Assembly: GCF_003918875.1 (NCBI RefSeq)
Contig: NW_025767181.1
Location: 186,001-250,000, forward strand
From: Haliotis rubra
Taxonomy: Eukaryota
DNA: 64,000 bases
Direction of reading: 5' to 3'
Below are positions 13,379-25,686 of the stretch, piece by piece (positions within the stretch are counted from its first letter, which is position 1; every line of letters begins with the position of its first letter). The notes beneath the pieces were generated by a model. The model worked only from the letters and a program-made list of their open reading frames with translations. It made no database searches and was not told the DNA's origin. The position numbers and the translations under genes are program-made.

Positions 13379-14143
13379 CAATGTTGTTTGTGAACAACGG
13401 CGACAAACTTCGGAATCCCCTTCCGGTTTTTGTAATTTGCATATGTCATTTGTGCATCACATGCCTGTGTTTGTGTCATACGTTTATGTCACGGATAAAT
13501 ACATTTGTATCAGCGTTTGATACTGTTAGTCTGTAGTGTCCCAGGGGCGGCGGGGTAGCATAATGGTTAAAGCGTCCGATCTTCAAGCTGAAGACCCGGG
13601 TTCGATTCCCCTCATCGATCGGTACAATATGTGAAGGCCATTTCTGGTGTCCCTCACCTTGATATTGCTGTAATATTGCTCAAAGCGGCGTAAAACTAAT
13701 TCAGTCAGACAATACTGTTCCGTGTTAACGCACTCTGTGGGTTTGGGTTCGACTCCTTGATGGGTTGTTCTCTTTGTGAACAACGGCGACCAACTTCGGA
13801 ATCCCCTTCCGGTTTTGTAATTTGTATATTGCTGTATGACATGCCTGTGTTTGTGTCATACGTTTATGTCACGGATAAATACATTTATACCAGCGATTGA
13901 TACTCTTAGTCTGTAGTGTCTCAGGGGCGGTGGGATAGCCTAGTGGTTAAAGTGTTGGCTCATCACGCCGAATACCGAATTCCCGACATGGGTACAATAT
14001 GTGAAGCCCATTTCTGGTGTCCGCCACCTTGATAATGTTGTAATACTGCTAAAAGCGGCGTAAAACTAAATTCAGTCAGACAATACTGTCCCGTGTTACC
14101 GCACTCTGTGGGTTTGGGTTCGACTCCTTGATGGGTTGTTCTC
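13379..14143. repeat. ~390-bp local tandem duplication, each unit with a family A SINE (13544-13708, 13924-14079)
   Basis: TTTGTGAACAACGGCGAC... begins both units; only one unit is present in the paralogous spacer (23800-24185). Confidence 0.85.
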
Positions 14144-14825
14144 TGGTCTGTACTCACCTGACGTGTAAACTGAAATATGCCACATGCTACAGGATATGAT
14201 GGTTCACTCACACGGGCACTACACAAAACTGAGTGGGTTTCTAATATTTTATTTCACGCTGTAACTTGTAGAAATAACAGAGACTAAATCAACTTGTCAA
14301 CAACAACACATCCTGTGGTTAGTAACAGTGATAAATAAACAGGATTCACGCTCATAGCTGTGTTGATTTTCCTTCCTTCAGCAACACACTTCAGCTACAA
14401 ATATAACGAACATTACATAACAATAAGTAGGTTTTGAACGATTAATTGAACGCAACACTGCAACTTATTGTAGACGGTAAATCAACTCCACAAAAGCAAC
14501 AATCAACATTCCACAATAAGAACATACGAATACACGTTGGGGAAGTTCGGGTAAATTTTCGGGTTTCGGGTCAATTTGTCAAAAATGAAAGCAAATTTTA
14601 TGGCATGTTTTCTCAGAAAACATTGAGTGAAATGCTGAACTTCTACACTGATACGAAACATTTGGGGGTGATGCATTTAGACAAGAAACAAAGCATCCAC
14701 ATGATTAGCAAGTGTGCAGCCCTTCTTTCGGATCTTGTCGATCACAGTTACAACATTCAATACCTCAGTAAAGCTTTCACAAGTATAATGGAGGACGTTA
14801 CCAAATTTGACAAACATCAATTATA

Positions 14826-15617
14826 CAGGGACTCTCTATTATCGCGGCGCGCGAAAACATCGGGAAAGCAGAAACATCACGCCCCGCATCGGCTGTTTAC
14901 ATGTGCAAATTACGTAAAATATATTCATCTCCCTTGAAAGAGTCATCTATTTCATTGGAATGTTATGTGTAATCGGAGAAATATTAAAGCATTCATCTTT
15001 TCAGTAAGTTCTAGAACATTTTGAAACTAGTATAACTACTGCCATTACATCTAGCATGAATCAAAACTTACTTCATCAAAAGCAATCCTGCGACAACTAT
15101 AAGGTTCCTTGCTAAAAATATAACAAGAAGTGAAGTATTATGCAACTTCACTCTGCACACGGCAGCAACTTGTATGGTACATTTTAAGCCGAAAAAACAA
15201 TATTTTGTAACGTTATTGTTACCTTGTATCCAATGAATAGAAGTTTCTGATGTTTAGGTTAAAAACATGATGACATTACTAATGTGAATGAAATTCCTAA
15301 ATATTTATTAATGATCAAACTATTTAGATTCGTTACTTGTCTTAGTAAACGTTTCACAGTGTTATCAGCTTGTACCGCGTGCCATAGTAAGAAAATAGCA
15401 ATACCGCGATAATAGAGAGTTGCTTCGATTTCCGGGTCAAACGAGTCAATCGGAATTGCCGCAATGGTAGTAAACGAGTTGCGACCATGTGTCACATTAT
15501 TTGCGACAGAAATGAAGATTAAACATCAGTCAACTGAAAATATATATAAAATGATAAATGTCAGTAGCCGTTCATAATCCGACAACATTAACTACCGCGA
15601 TAATAGAGGGTCCCATG
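14826..15617. mobile_element. Non-autonomous pogo/Tc1-like DNA element
   Basis: TA|CAGGGACTCTCTATTATCGCGG ... CCGCGATAATAGAGGGTCCC TIRs; not present in the paralogous spacer near 25180. Confidence 0.7.
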
Positions 15618-16102
15618 ATAGCTATTTTGCCTTGTTCCATACATTCCTCTGTTTTTTTTCAGGAGACCATGTGACTGTCCTTTGCAGCTATTTGTGATGG
15701 GTGCCGCCAGTGCGGCAGGACAAGCTCACCTTTTTAGAGAACACCTGGTATCAGCAAACTTTAACAATGATTCATAAAAATACAGTTTGGTCGAATGGTG
15801 CAAGCACATTTAGCAGGGATCTCTTGTGATACTTCAAAAAAGATACTTCCTGTTTTAATTTTGGTAATGGAAAGAGCTACCAGAAGGGAAGGACATTCTT
15901 ACCTTGTCGCTGACTTTCAGTGATCCATTGATATAATTTCCACAGTGGTTTTCCTTCTTTACCGAAGGGAATTTGTTTCTGAGGATAGACAAGACTAGTT
16001 CTTATTTTGCATTGACGTTCTATATTTGTATATTACTATAGCATACATGTAGTCCGTCAAAACTAAGGCTACACCACATTTGTATAAATTAACATATTGT
16101 AT

Positions 16103-17507
16103 TCACACTAATCTTGCTCCCGCGCTATTGCTTACACTCTCAGAGATGCTTGACATTTTCGTCTGCGGCTCAGGGAGAGAAGACTCCCGCTTGTACTTCT
16201 TTCGTCTGCAGATCGTGGCCATGAAGGGAAGTCGTCTGAAGAAGGTTCGTCGGTAGGCCTTACTCAGTGCAATGTAGAACACGAAGTCGGTAGACAGGCT
16301 GAACATGATAAGTAAACCGTTGACGTCTTTCATCAGCATGTTGACATAATGTTCCTTCCTATATATATTATAGTCAGTCACAAATGTCTGGACCACCGAG
16401 TCTGTTGCCAGAGGAATTGCCAGCACTGTGAAGAGGAAGGTCGACGTCAGGATGGTGATTGTCGTCTGCCTCTCTCGCTTTGCCGTCTTCTCTTCGTCCA
16501 CAGTCGTGTTCATCTTCGCTCTGTTCTTGCTGTGCATCCTGAGAGCCAGGAGGACGCACAGGTTCATGATGAGGCCGCACACGAGGACGATGTAGGTGTA
16601 CAGTACTTTGTTGGCCATTCCAAGACCAAGGAGGAAGTCCCTGTTATTTATGAACATCGCCGATGGCGCAAGGGTATAGTCTGTTGAGTTTGGTTTGGGA
16701 ACGATATCGTATTTAAATGCTCCCGGTAAATGACAAGAAAAGCAAATAATCGTCACCGAAATTATAAAGATAATTGGTGATTTGATTAGACGAAAATTTC
16801 TGTACTTCAAGGGGGAAGGCAACAGCTAGGAAGCGTTCTGTGGACACCAGAACAGTCAAACAGTACATCAGGACTCGGAGAGTCGCCGAACAAAGACTTG
16901 ATCCATACATAGCAAAATACAGATAGTCTTGCCTCTTGACTGCGTCAGTTCCATATGCTTGTCTAAGAATGTGCCTCACACTGGTTAACAAGGCAAAGAG
17001 GAGTTCGTCAGTGGCGAGAGCTATCAGGTAGGTGCTTGTGGGACTCCTCATGGCGGGGTCCGTGTACACCAACAGATTGAATGTGTTGAAGAGAATTGCA
17101 CTGATGAACAGAGGGTAGAAGAGATACAGACAGACTTTCGCTCCGACTTCATACTGTTCCTTGGAGAGCTGTCCCTGCGAAATGATGGAAATACGAGACT
17201 GGTTTGGTAACTCACAGTCTGCCTGTGTGCCTTCCTTGCACGAGTTGGTCTTGGTCTCACCGTCGGTGTCGTTGAAGTCGGGATGTACATCAGGAGCGTC
17301 ACACATCACCCCGTCAATATCGCCAGCCAGTAAATCTGGATCTACAGTACAGTTTCCCGACATGGAAACAGACTTCGTATCAGGACTTGAGAGGTCTAAT
17401 CCTCCCTGGTCACCGTAGTCCGAGGTTGTCAAGGCTTGTTCGGCCCAACCCACAACTGCTCCCAGCAATATAGTAAAGCAACAGATGTAAAGTGTATGAA
17501 GCGCCAT
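16103..17507 (-). pseudogene. GPCR array copy 2, +1 frameshift after TM3 (pseudogene or homopolymer error)
   Basis: ORFs 16713-17507 and 16103-16822 overlap in different frames; TTCAAGGGGGAAG at ~16807-16819 versus TTCAAAGGGAAG in all four paralogues. Confidence 0.85.
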
Positions 17508-17774
17508 CTCAAGCCGCCCGAGTCTATGTCATTTGTACATGCACCGTACTTATATACCCGTCGGCTGGGTGGGGTTGATGTGACAATGATCATGACGGAT
17601 CTAATTACTGGACAGCGCCACAGGACAACCGGTAACATCACATGATCTGGCAACAATCGATTTCAAATGAGGAAAATTGATTTCTTGCAATTGTCTTGAA
17701 ATTTCCCACACCAAGTACCATAATCTTGTGTTCCATATATGTTCACTGGACAAAATATGGACAAAGATGTACTA

Positions 17775-18026
17775 GTGAGTGAGTGAGTGAGTTTAGTTTT
17801 ACGCCGCACTCAGCAATATTCCAGCTATATGGCGGCGGTCTGTAATTAATCGAGTATGGACCATTCAATACAGTGATCAACAGCATGAGCATCGATCAGC
17901 GGAATTGGGAACTGATGACATGTGTCAACCAAGTCAGCGAACCTGACCACCCGATCCCATTAGTCGCTTCTTACAACAAGCATGGATTACTGAAGATCAA
18001 TATTCTAACCCGTACCTTCACGGCTC
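17775..18026 (-). mobile_element. Full-length family B SINE
   Basis: (TCAC)n tail, body matching 54770-55033, TSD CAAAGATG(T/A)ACTA; absent upstream of copy 1. Confidence 0.9.
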
Positions 18027-18589
18027 CAAAGATGAACTAAAGCTCATTTACTGTTAAGCGTTGAGAAATTGTTGAAAATCTGTAGCTTAATGAATGTAAA
18101 TGAATGTCCAATCACAGGACAGTTGGTCATTTGTCGGATGTAAGGACTGCTGTCCATCAACATTGTCCCCTGGGAAACAAATTTCATATAGCGTGGACAG
18201 GTGTAGTGTGTTCTCTTAGACCCAGCTGTCCTTAAATCATCATAATGAATATATCATCGATCTGTTTGATTTTCACGTGTATGCCTGAACGAAACCCAGA
18301 TAAATGCAATGCCATGTGTGTGTTATGCATCAGTATTTTGTGCGCATAATTGTGACAGCTAATATGAAGCAATCATAAAATCTCGGGCTTTAGCGTTGGT
18401 GCACTGAGGCTCAATATACTTCAGTGAGTGCTTCTCGTCTTTTGGACTTGTATTTTGGAAAATCTTCCCTGATTCCTGCATCAGTGCCCGTGGTTTATGC
18501 AATCTCAAATCACCCTTTCAATTACGTCAACGTTTTTATTTGTGTTAGATGCTGCTGAATGACAAACTTGGCGAAAGAGAGGAAAAGTA

Positions 18590-19320
18590 GTGCTGTATTC
18601 AAGTAATCCTTCATAATAGTAGGACATCATCCTACAAATTGTTCACTATAGTAGGGCAAAATCCCACTAATTAGGGAATTATCCAACTAATTGTTCATGT
18701 TAGTAGGTTTATGTCCCACGTATTCTTCATTATAGTTGGGCAATATCCTACTAATTGCGCGGCACAATCCATCGCATTGTTTCCTTAAAGTAGGTTAATA
18801 ATCCACTTATTCTTCATTAAAGTAGGGCATTATCCTCCAAAGTGTTCATTTTAGTATGGAAATATCCCATTGTTGATTATCAAAAGGCATTATCCTACTA
18901 ACAGTTCATTATAGTCTAGCTTAATCCAATTATTTGTTCATTATTGTAGGGCATTATCCAATAAATTGTTCATAGTAGTGTGCTAATATACTACTAATTA
19001 TTCATTATAGAACGGCATTATTCCTCTAATTGTTCATTTTAGTAGGACGTTGTCCTTCTAGTTTTTCGCTTTAGTAAGGAACAATCCAGCTAATTCTTCA
19101 TTGTAGTAAGCCAATATACTACGAATAGGTCTTTATAGAAAGGAAATATCCTTCTAACTTTTCATTAAAACAGAGCTTACCCCATTTGTTGTTCCTTTTA
19201 GTAGGGTGTTGTCCTACTAATTGTTCGCTACAGTAGGGCAGTATTCAACAAATAGTTCGTTAAAGTAATTATCAGGATAGAAGGACATTATCGTACTAAC
19301 TCATCCTTATAGTAATGCAA
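18590..19320. repeat. Degenerate ~32-bp tandem array, paralogue of 11700-13110
   Basis: Collinear unit-by-unit similarity with 11700-12930. Confidence 0.8.
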
Positions 19321-19321
19321 A

Positions 19322-20520
19322 AGCATACTAATTGTGCATTATAAGAAGGCATCATCATACCAATTGTGCATTATAAGAAGGCATCATCATACTAATTGTG
19401 CATTATAAGAAGGCATCATCATACCAATTGTGCATTTTAAGAAGGCATCAGCATAATTATTGTGCATTATAAGAAGGCATCAGCATACTAATTGTGCATT
19501 ATAAGAAGGCATCATCATACCAATTGTGCATACATCAATTGTGCATTATAAGAAGGCATCATCATACATTGTGCATTCATACTAATTGTGCATTATAAGA
19601 AGGCATCATCATACCAATTGTGCATTATAAGAAGGCATCATCATACCAATTGTGCATTATAAGAAGGCATCATCATACTTATTGTGCAATTGTGCATTAT
19701 AAGAAGGCATCATCATTGTGCATTATAAGCATTATAAGAAGGCATCATCATACCAATTGTGCATTATAAGAAGGCATCATCATACCAATTGTGCATTATA
19801 AGAAGGCATCATACCAATTGTGCATTATAAGAAGGCATCAACATACTTATTGTGCATTATACATCAATTGTGCATTATAAGTGCATTATAAGAAGGCATC
19901 ATACCAATTGTGCATACCAATTGTGCATTATAAGAAGGCATCATCATACCAATTGTGCATTATAAGAAGGCATCAGCATACCAATTGTGCATCATCAACA
20001 TACCAATTGAAGGCATCATCATACCAATTGCATTATAAGAAGGCATCATCATACCAATTGTCAAATCATTATAAGAAGGCAAACTGTTCATGTGCATTAT
20101 AAGAAGGCATTATAAGAAGGCATCATCATACCAATTGTGCTTTACAGTAAGAAGGCATCATCATAAACGTTTATATTGTGCATTAGAACTTTATCCCATC
20201 AATTGTTCATTATAAGAAGGCATGGCATTATAAGAGCATCATCAGCATCATCACCAATTGTGCATTATAAGAAGGCATCATCATACCAATTGTGCATTAT
20301 AAGAAGGCATCATCATACTAATTGTGCATTATAAGAAGGCATCATCATACCAATTGTGCATTATAAGAAGGCATCATCATACCAATTGTGCATTATAAGA
20401 AGGCATCATCATACCAATTGTGCATTATAAGAAGGCATCATCATACCAATTGTGCATTATAAGAAGGCATCATCATACTAATTGTGCATTATAAGAAGGC
20501 ATCATCATACTAATTGTCCA
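19322..20520. repeat. Homogeneous 32-bp minisatellite
   Basis: Unit CAATTGTGCATTATAAGAAGGCATCATCATAC; AATTG at 20288 and 20320 gives period 32. Confidence 0.97.
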
Positions 20521-21299
20521 AATCAAGGAAACTGTTCATTATAATGGAGCCTTATCCTAAGAATTGTACATTGGAGTAGCGCCATTTTCTACTGTTCTGT
20601 TCATGGCTGCAGTTGAGACAAATGAAGCCTTTATCCAAAGCACACAACAAGAACGATTTGACACGATAATGCTCAATACACAATGTTAGTGCATGACTTT
20701 GGTAACTGTAGGTGTCAACAACATGAAAACTTTACTCGATAACGAGTTGTAAATGACAATCAATATGTCAAGTCGACCCAATACCAGTGATAGATGTTAA
20801 TGAACATGCCAAATGGACCCGACACCAGTGATAGATGGCAATCAACATGCCAAATGGACCGATACCAGTGATAAGTGGAATATGCAACATGACATGTGGA
20901 CCTGCTCGACTAAGGGTAGAAGCATACAACCTATACACCTGCAGAAAGCACACAAGGAGAATACTCCGCTGCCCAATCAGCCTCCGGTAATCAAACCAAT
21001 CACACTGGAGATGGGATTTGCCCCAGGGGAAGGCACAGAACCCGACCAAGAAAAAGGTTGGTCCACCCATCTTAAAACCACACTACTCGAGTGTACCAAA
21101 GCAACAGGATGGCATCAATGGCAAGTCGCTTAAGCTGCTTTGGGAAAATACCATGCTAATGTATGCTTACCTGACGGAGCAAAATGCCCGAGATCAACTA
21201 GTGCAACTTAACCATCACATGCGCAGTGAGCCAGTTGAAGCCACAACTGGAACCCGTCAGGAACTTTTGTATGAGTAGAATGCACTCCTCAAGTGGCAG

Positions 21300-22975
21300 C
21301 AGACCCCAAACTTCCAATGGACGCCCGCGTTAACCTCTTTTCCCTTCTGATGGAAACCCTTCCAGCATAGAGCTAGTTGGCCCAGACATTTCTGACCCTC
21401 CCTCTTCTTCTTCCTCACTCTCAGATCTTTCCGAAATATTGTATTTTGTTTAACTCTGTTTATGAGGAAATTTGTGATTTACCTTTGGAAGAAAGGAGGC
21501 CAATTAAACAACTAAACGGTTTTTTTCCCAAAAATGAAATTGATTTATTAAATGAAGATATTTCATTAAAACTTTCTGGGTGAACATGAAGTTAATTGTT
21601 GTGTCCATGCCGCCGCTCGAACTTTGGAGGAACTTCACGCAGTTTCCAATGAAAAAACATCAAATGCTAAGAACAAGACACACGGTCTCTAGTAAAACTT
21701 AATGAAACTAGAAAAAACATGTCCTGGATAGAGCTGTGCCTTAATATAAAATCGCCAGGGAACCCATGTCTAAACGACAAAAGTCAATTTGGAGAAAATT
21801 GAAATTACAATTTAAGACAACAAAAGAAAAGGTACTTCACCAAATTGTCGATTCCCTGAAGGCAAATATAAAGGTTTGGACTGAAAGAAAGAAAACAATG
21901 GTAAGAGAAAATAAATTTATCAAACAGAATAAATTCTTTAGAACTAATGAAAAACACTTTTACAAGCAACTCAAAGCAAAGGATGAAGGTGAGCATGATA
22001 AACGGCCTCCCATGGATGCCAATGAAAGGTTCTGGAAACAGTTGTGGTCTGTACCCGGCGGCTGTAACCTTGAGGCACCACGGGTCCGTGATTACGATCA
22101 TGCAATGCATGAGAAAATAACTGGGTCGTTTGTCTGTTATATCTCACCAGGGTGCCTGAAAACTGTTATCAAAAAGTCCAAATCTAATACGGCTCCAGGG
22201 CCTGATGGCTTCTGAAACCGGTATTGAAAACTGTTGCCCTGTGTGCAAGAACCATTACTTAACTGTTTCAATTCTTTCGTGTCTCTGTCGTGACACAGGC
22301 GATGTTCCTCCATGGTTTTGCAAAGGTCACACAATACAATTTCCCCATAAAGGAGACGCCTGGTCCCAAAAACTTCCGCCCTATCACATGTTTGAATACA
22401 CAATAAAAAGTCTCCACAGTGTCATCTTACTGTTCTTCCAATGATATGATTTACAGAGAGCAGAAGGGGGCGGGAAATGGATGCGGGGTGCTAGGATCAA
22501 CTTCTTGTACAAAAAATTATTTTGGAAGAAGCTAAAACATCACCGCAACCTTTCCATATGCTGGATTGACTACAAAAATGCATATGACTGTGTCCTTCAT
22601 GAATGGATTCTGAAGTTTTTTCATTGTATTCACCTCCCTGAGCGACTACTTGACTTGATTTATTCAAGTCTTTAATGAGTTGCTGGTCGACTCAACTCGA
22701 GGTGTACTCGCAAGGGCAGGTACAGACTTCGGAAACTCTTCCAATTAGAAGAGGAATATCCCAGGAGGATTCCTTTAGTCCTTTGAGTTTTTGTTTGTCT
22801 TTAAAAATTTTCAGTTTTCTGCTCAATGAAGAGGAGGATTACCATCCCGGACCTCCTCAGCACAGATCCCCAACAGCGCTTACTCATCTCCTTTACATGG
22901 ATGACATCGAGCTCCTTGCCAAAGGAGATACCAATTTGAAAGAAGAGGTTCTCCTTGTCGTGTCCTTTTCTAATG
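21300..22975 (+). mobile_element. Degraded non-LTR retrotransposon RT, R4/Dong-like
   Basis: Ordered motifs across frameshifts: APGPDG, FRPITCLN, EQKG, NLSICWIDYKNAYDCVLHEWI, IRRGISQEDSFSPLSFC, LTHLLYMDD; truncated just after YMDD. Clade call is from recalled motif style. Confidence 0.8.
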
Positions 22976-23953
22976 ATTGGATCGCTCAACCTGAACGACG
23001 GGCCACTATCAGTTCTGTTGTCAAGTGACGTCATAGTGGGTGCGTGGGCTTACGGTTCGTTCGACTTTGGCTTGGGACTGGCAGATATTCTGGGGCAAAC
23101 AAGTCAAAGCAACCCGAATTCCCGCTTTAGCGGTAATATTGGCTTTCTTGCTGGTGCTAACCTTAATAATTGCACTTTTAACGTTGTTGTTGGACCAAAA
23201 CCGAACACTGAAAACTGACGTTGTGTATGACATAGCTTGACATGTTGCAGGCCATGGTCTTGTCAAAGGCCAAGGTCGTCACGTTTTGTTGTGACGTCAC
23301 TTGAATTGTTCGATGACGTAATTGCATTCGGTCAGTCAATCCCGTCGGAAGTTGGTTTTGAGTAAACTTACAGTCAGATTCCTTCATTGTCCCCATCTCT
23401 TCAAAACAATCCCATGTGTTTTAGCAATAATAACGGCCATTACACTTATAACAGACAGTTTATTTTGTTCATCGGATTATTTATTCCAGTGGACCCGGAC
23501 TGTCACAAGGACTCGATCTCCTCATCGCTAATCGGATCGGTTCTCCGTGGTAAGTTACCATGCCCATTTTTCTTAAGTTCAATTTTCCTCCCCATACCTC
23601 TCGTGATCGTGACCATTGATGACGTGATTGATCAGCTGCACAGAAATACTCTTTCGTTTTAGTGAACACTCAGTGCTCTCTGAAACCCCATTATTCACAA
23701 TTTTGTAACCTGTGATATCCATTTGGCAACAGTGATATATCACTGTACCACTTCCTCTTTGAACAATTATAACATTGTTTCCAGTATCAAAGGAATCAAT
23801 GTTGTTTGTGAACAACGGCGACAAACTTCGTAATCCCCTTCCGGTTTTGTAATTTGTATATTGCTGTATGATATGCCTGTGTTTGTGTCATACGTTTGTC
23901 ACGGATAAATACACTTGTACCAGCGTTTGATACTGTTAGTCTATAGTGTCCCA

Positions 23954-24119
23954 GGGGCGGTGGGGTAGCCTAGTGGTTAAAGTGTTGGCTTATCACGCCG
24001 TAGACCCGGGTTCGATTCCCCACATCGCTCGGTACAGTATGTGAAGCCCATTTCTGGTGTCCCTCACCTTGATATTGCTGTAATATTGCTCAAAGCGGCG
24101 TAAAACTAAATTCAGTCAG
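23954..24119 (+). mobile_element. Family A SINE, same insertion as 13544/13924 (predates spacer duplication)
   Basis: Same left flank TAGTGTCCCA and right flank ACAATACTGT in both spacers. Confidence 0.85.
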
Positions 24120-25686
24120 ACAATACTGTCCCGTGTTACCGCACTCTGTGGGTTTGGGTTCGACTCCTTGATAGGTTGTTCTCTGATCTGTACTCACCTG
24201 ACGTGTAAACTGAAATATGCCACATGCTACAGGATATAATGGTTGAACAATCAACGTCTGTTCTTGTGTAAACAATGACCGTTCATTGACATTTCACTCA
24301 CACGGACACTACACAAAACTGAGTGGGTTTTTAATATTTTATTTAACACTGTAAAGACATAACAGAGACTAAATCAACTTGTCAACAACATCAACAACAA
24401 CACATCCTGTGGTTATTAACAGTAATAAATAAACAAGACTCATAGCTGTGTTGATTTTCCTTCAGCAACACAAAACAATGCTACAAATATAACGAACATA
24501 ACATAACAATAAGTAGGTTTTGAACGATGAATGGAATGCAACACTGGAACTTGTGGTTATTGTAGACAGTCAGTCAACTCCACAAAAACAACAATCAACA
24601 TTCCACAATAAGAACATACAAATACACGTTGGGAAAATTCTTGTTATCTGCTACATTCGCTTGGTGAGTTAAGAAACAAAATGGCGGCAAATATGGCAAA
24701 TATTTAGAACAACTCCTTAAGCTGAGATCACCGGGCATTCTATCCCCAACACGTGTGTTCTTTGTTTGCATTTATACTATTTCATAAACGGATCGAGTTC
24801 AGATCTGTCCGAACATATTTGGACGTTCAAGCATCATATGCTAAGATTTAAGGAAAAACTTCATTCATTGATTCATGGGGCAGATGTTAATACATAGACA
24901 TAGTTACATATCTATCCTCTTATTTATTTGTCAAAAATGAAAGCAAATGTTATCGCATGTTAACTCAGAAAATGTGGAGTGAAATGCTGAACTTCTACAT
25001 TGACACGAAACATTTGGGGGTGATGCATTTAGACAAGAAACAAAGCATCCTCATGAGTATCAAGTGTGCAGCCCTTCTTTCGGATCTGGTCGATCACAGT
25101 TACAACATTCAGTACCTCAGTAAAGCTTTCAAATCGTTTAATGGGAGACACATGGAGGGCATTTCCAAATTTGACAAAAATCACTGGCAAAATAATGTCC
25201 TGAAAAATCAGTTTCCTATTTAGCCATACATTCCGATGGGTTTTGTAATCATTTGTGACTGGTGCCAACAGTGCGGCATAATACGACCACCTTTTAGCGA
25301 ACACCAGGTATCATCACTATCACAAAACACAGTTTGGTTGAATTTGCTCACATTGCACATGGATTTCTTATGTGCAGCGTCAGGCAAAAGATATTTCCTG
25401 TTTTAATTTTGGTAATGGAGAGAGCTACCAGAAGGGAAAGACATTCTTACTGTGTCGCCGGCACCTGGTGTCAGCAATGACTTTCAGTGATCCATTGATA
25501 TAATTTTCACAGCGAGTTTTTCCTTCTTTACCGAAGGGAATTTGTTTCTGAGGACAGACAAGACTGGTTCTTATTTTGCATTGACGTTCTATATTTGTAT
25601 ATTACTATGGCATACATGTAGTCCGTCAAAACTAAAGCTACACTACATTTGTATAAATTAACATTTTGTATTCACACTAATTCTGC

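Noticed and set aside
14446-14937. 163-aa ORF partly repeated at 24957-25223
   Set aside because: TTG start, runs into a MITE, frame not preserved in the paralogous spacer.
21125-21225. Possible gag-like zinc knuckle upstream of the R4-like RT
   Set aside because: Needs a frameshift and a substitution to read as CCHC; too weak.
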